From positions 1-12,708 of the forward strand of contig JBEKZX010000044.1 of assembly GCA_049509455.1 (NCBI GenBank): DNA of 12,708 nucleotides. Reading direction: 5' to 3'. Shown here in pieces: positions 12,272-12,708 of this stretch; positions within the stretch are counted from its first letter, which is position 1, and the number at the start of each line of letters is the position of its first letter. The notes beneath the pieces are model-generated. The model ran no database searches. It was not told the DNA's origin and saw only the letters and a list, made by a program, of their open reading frames with translations. The position numbers were made by a program, and so were the translations under genes. The DNA is from Conexivisphaerales archaeon (GTDB taxonomy: Archaea; Thermoproteota; Nitrososphaeria; Conexivisphaerales; DTJL01).

Positions 12272-12708
12272 TTAGAGTTGTTTCATGAAATCGGCGATCA
12301 ATGGAGCCACCGATACTTTACTGTACGGTGTGGGTATCGTGTTCGTCGCCACCAGCTCCTTAATCCCCGCCTTCCTCATCTTCTCCATGGCGCCTTCAGC
12401 CAACAGGGCATGAGTGCAAGCCGCCAGGACCTTCTTGGCCCCCTGCTCTCTGGCCAGCTTGGCCGCCTTCGCGATGGTCCCTCCCGTGGATATCACGTCG
12501 TCAATGATCACGATGTCCTTGCCGGCCACGTCGACGCCTTGTGGGACCCGTATGGAAGTTTCGCCCGTGACCCTGTCTCGGGTCTTCTCAAGGGCGGCGA
12601 ACTCGCATTTCATCCTTGTCGCCATGGCCTCCGCCCGGACGGTGGCCCCCACGTCAGGGGCCAGCACGAAGGGCTTGGCCAGCGACCCATTGACCAACAC
12701 ATAGTCTG
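12272..12708 (-). CDS. prs: Ribose-phosphate pyrophosphokinase, C-terminal part (5' end lies outside the window)
   Basis: VLAPDVGA, KTRDRVTGE, PRPP-binding loop VIIDDVISTGGTI, CTHALL and TNTIP. Confidence 0.95.
   Translation of the reverse strand, partial: DYVLVNGSLAKPFVLAPDVGATVRAEAMATRMKCEFAALEKTRDRVTGETSIRVPQGVDVAGKDIVIIDDVISTGGTIAKAAKLAREQGAKKVLAACTHALLAEGAMEKMRKAGIKELVATNTIPTPYSKVSVAPLIADFMKQL

Noticed and set aside
250-12704. Numerous overlapping or antisense ORFs in the track (e.g. 250-600, 1808-2170, 2466-2870, 6249-6599, 8888-9667, 10996-11535, 11298-11768)
   Set aside because: Shadow frames of well-supported genes or tRNAs in GC-rich DNA; R/P/G-rich with no motifs

Overview
GC-rich archaeal chromosomal segment, probably from a Nitrososphaerota (Thaumarchaeota-related) lineage. 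That assignment is inferred from gene order, the archaeal-type CCA enzyme, archease and intron-bearing tRNAs. Left edge: a tyrosine recombinase gene missed by the ORF track (cut by the window start) coupled to an RHH-type gene. Both lie directly behind the 3' end of an intron-containing tRNA-Ser(UGA), which is the likely border of an integrated element. Next come archease, a 123-aa hypothetical protein and an M1 aminopeptidase with HEAT repeats. A ~1.4-kb accessory islet (4828-6249) follows. It holds a secreted protein gene, an orphan but structurally intact group II intron domain V with a branchless domain VI, several hairpins and a phased tandem repeat. The islet abuts the 3' end of a tRNA-Pro(GGG) split by two non-canonical introns (15/16 and 34/35). 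The right half is a tRNA-maturation cluster: an atypical RIO-like kinase, cca, thpR, a UPF0200 P-loop kinase, DUF54, rnz and trmG10, ending in a truncated prs. All family assignments come from motif recognition by eye; no database search was run.
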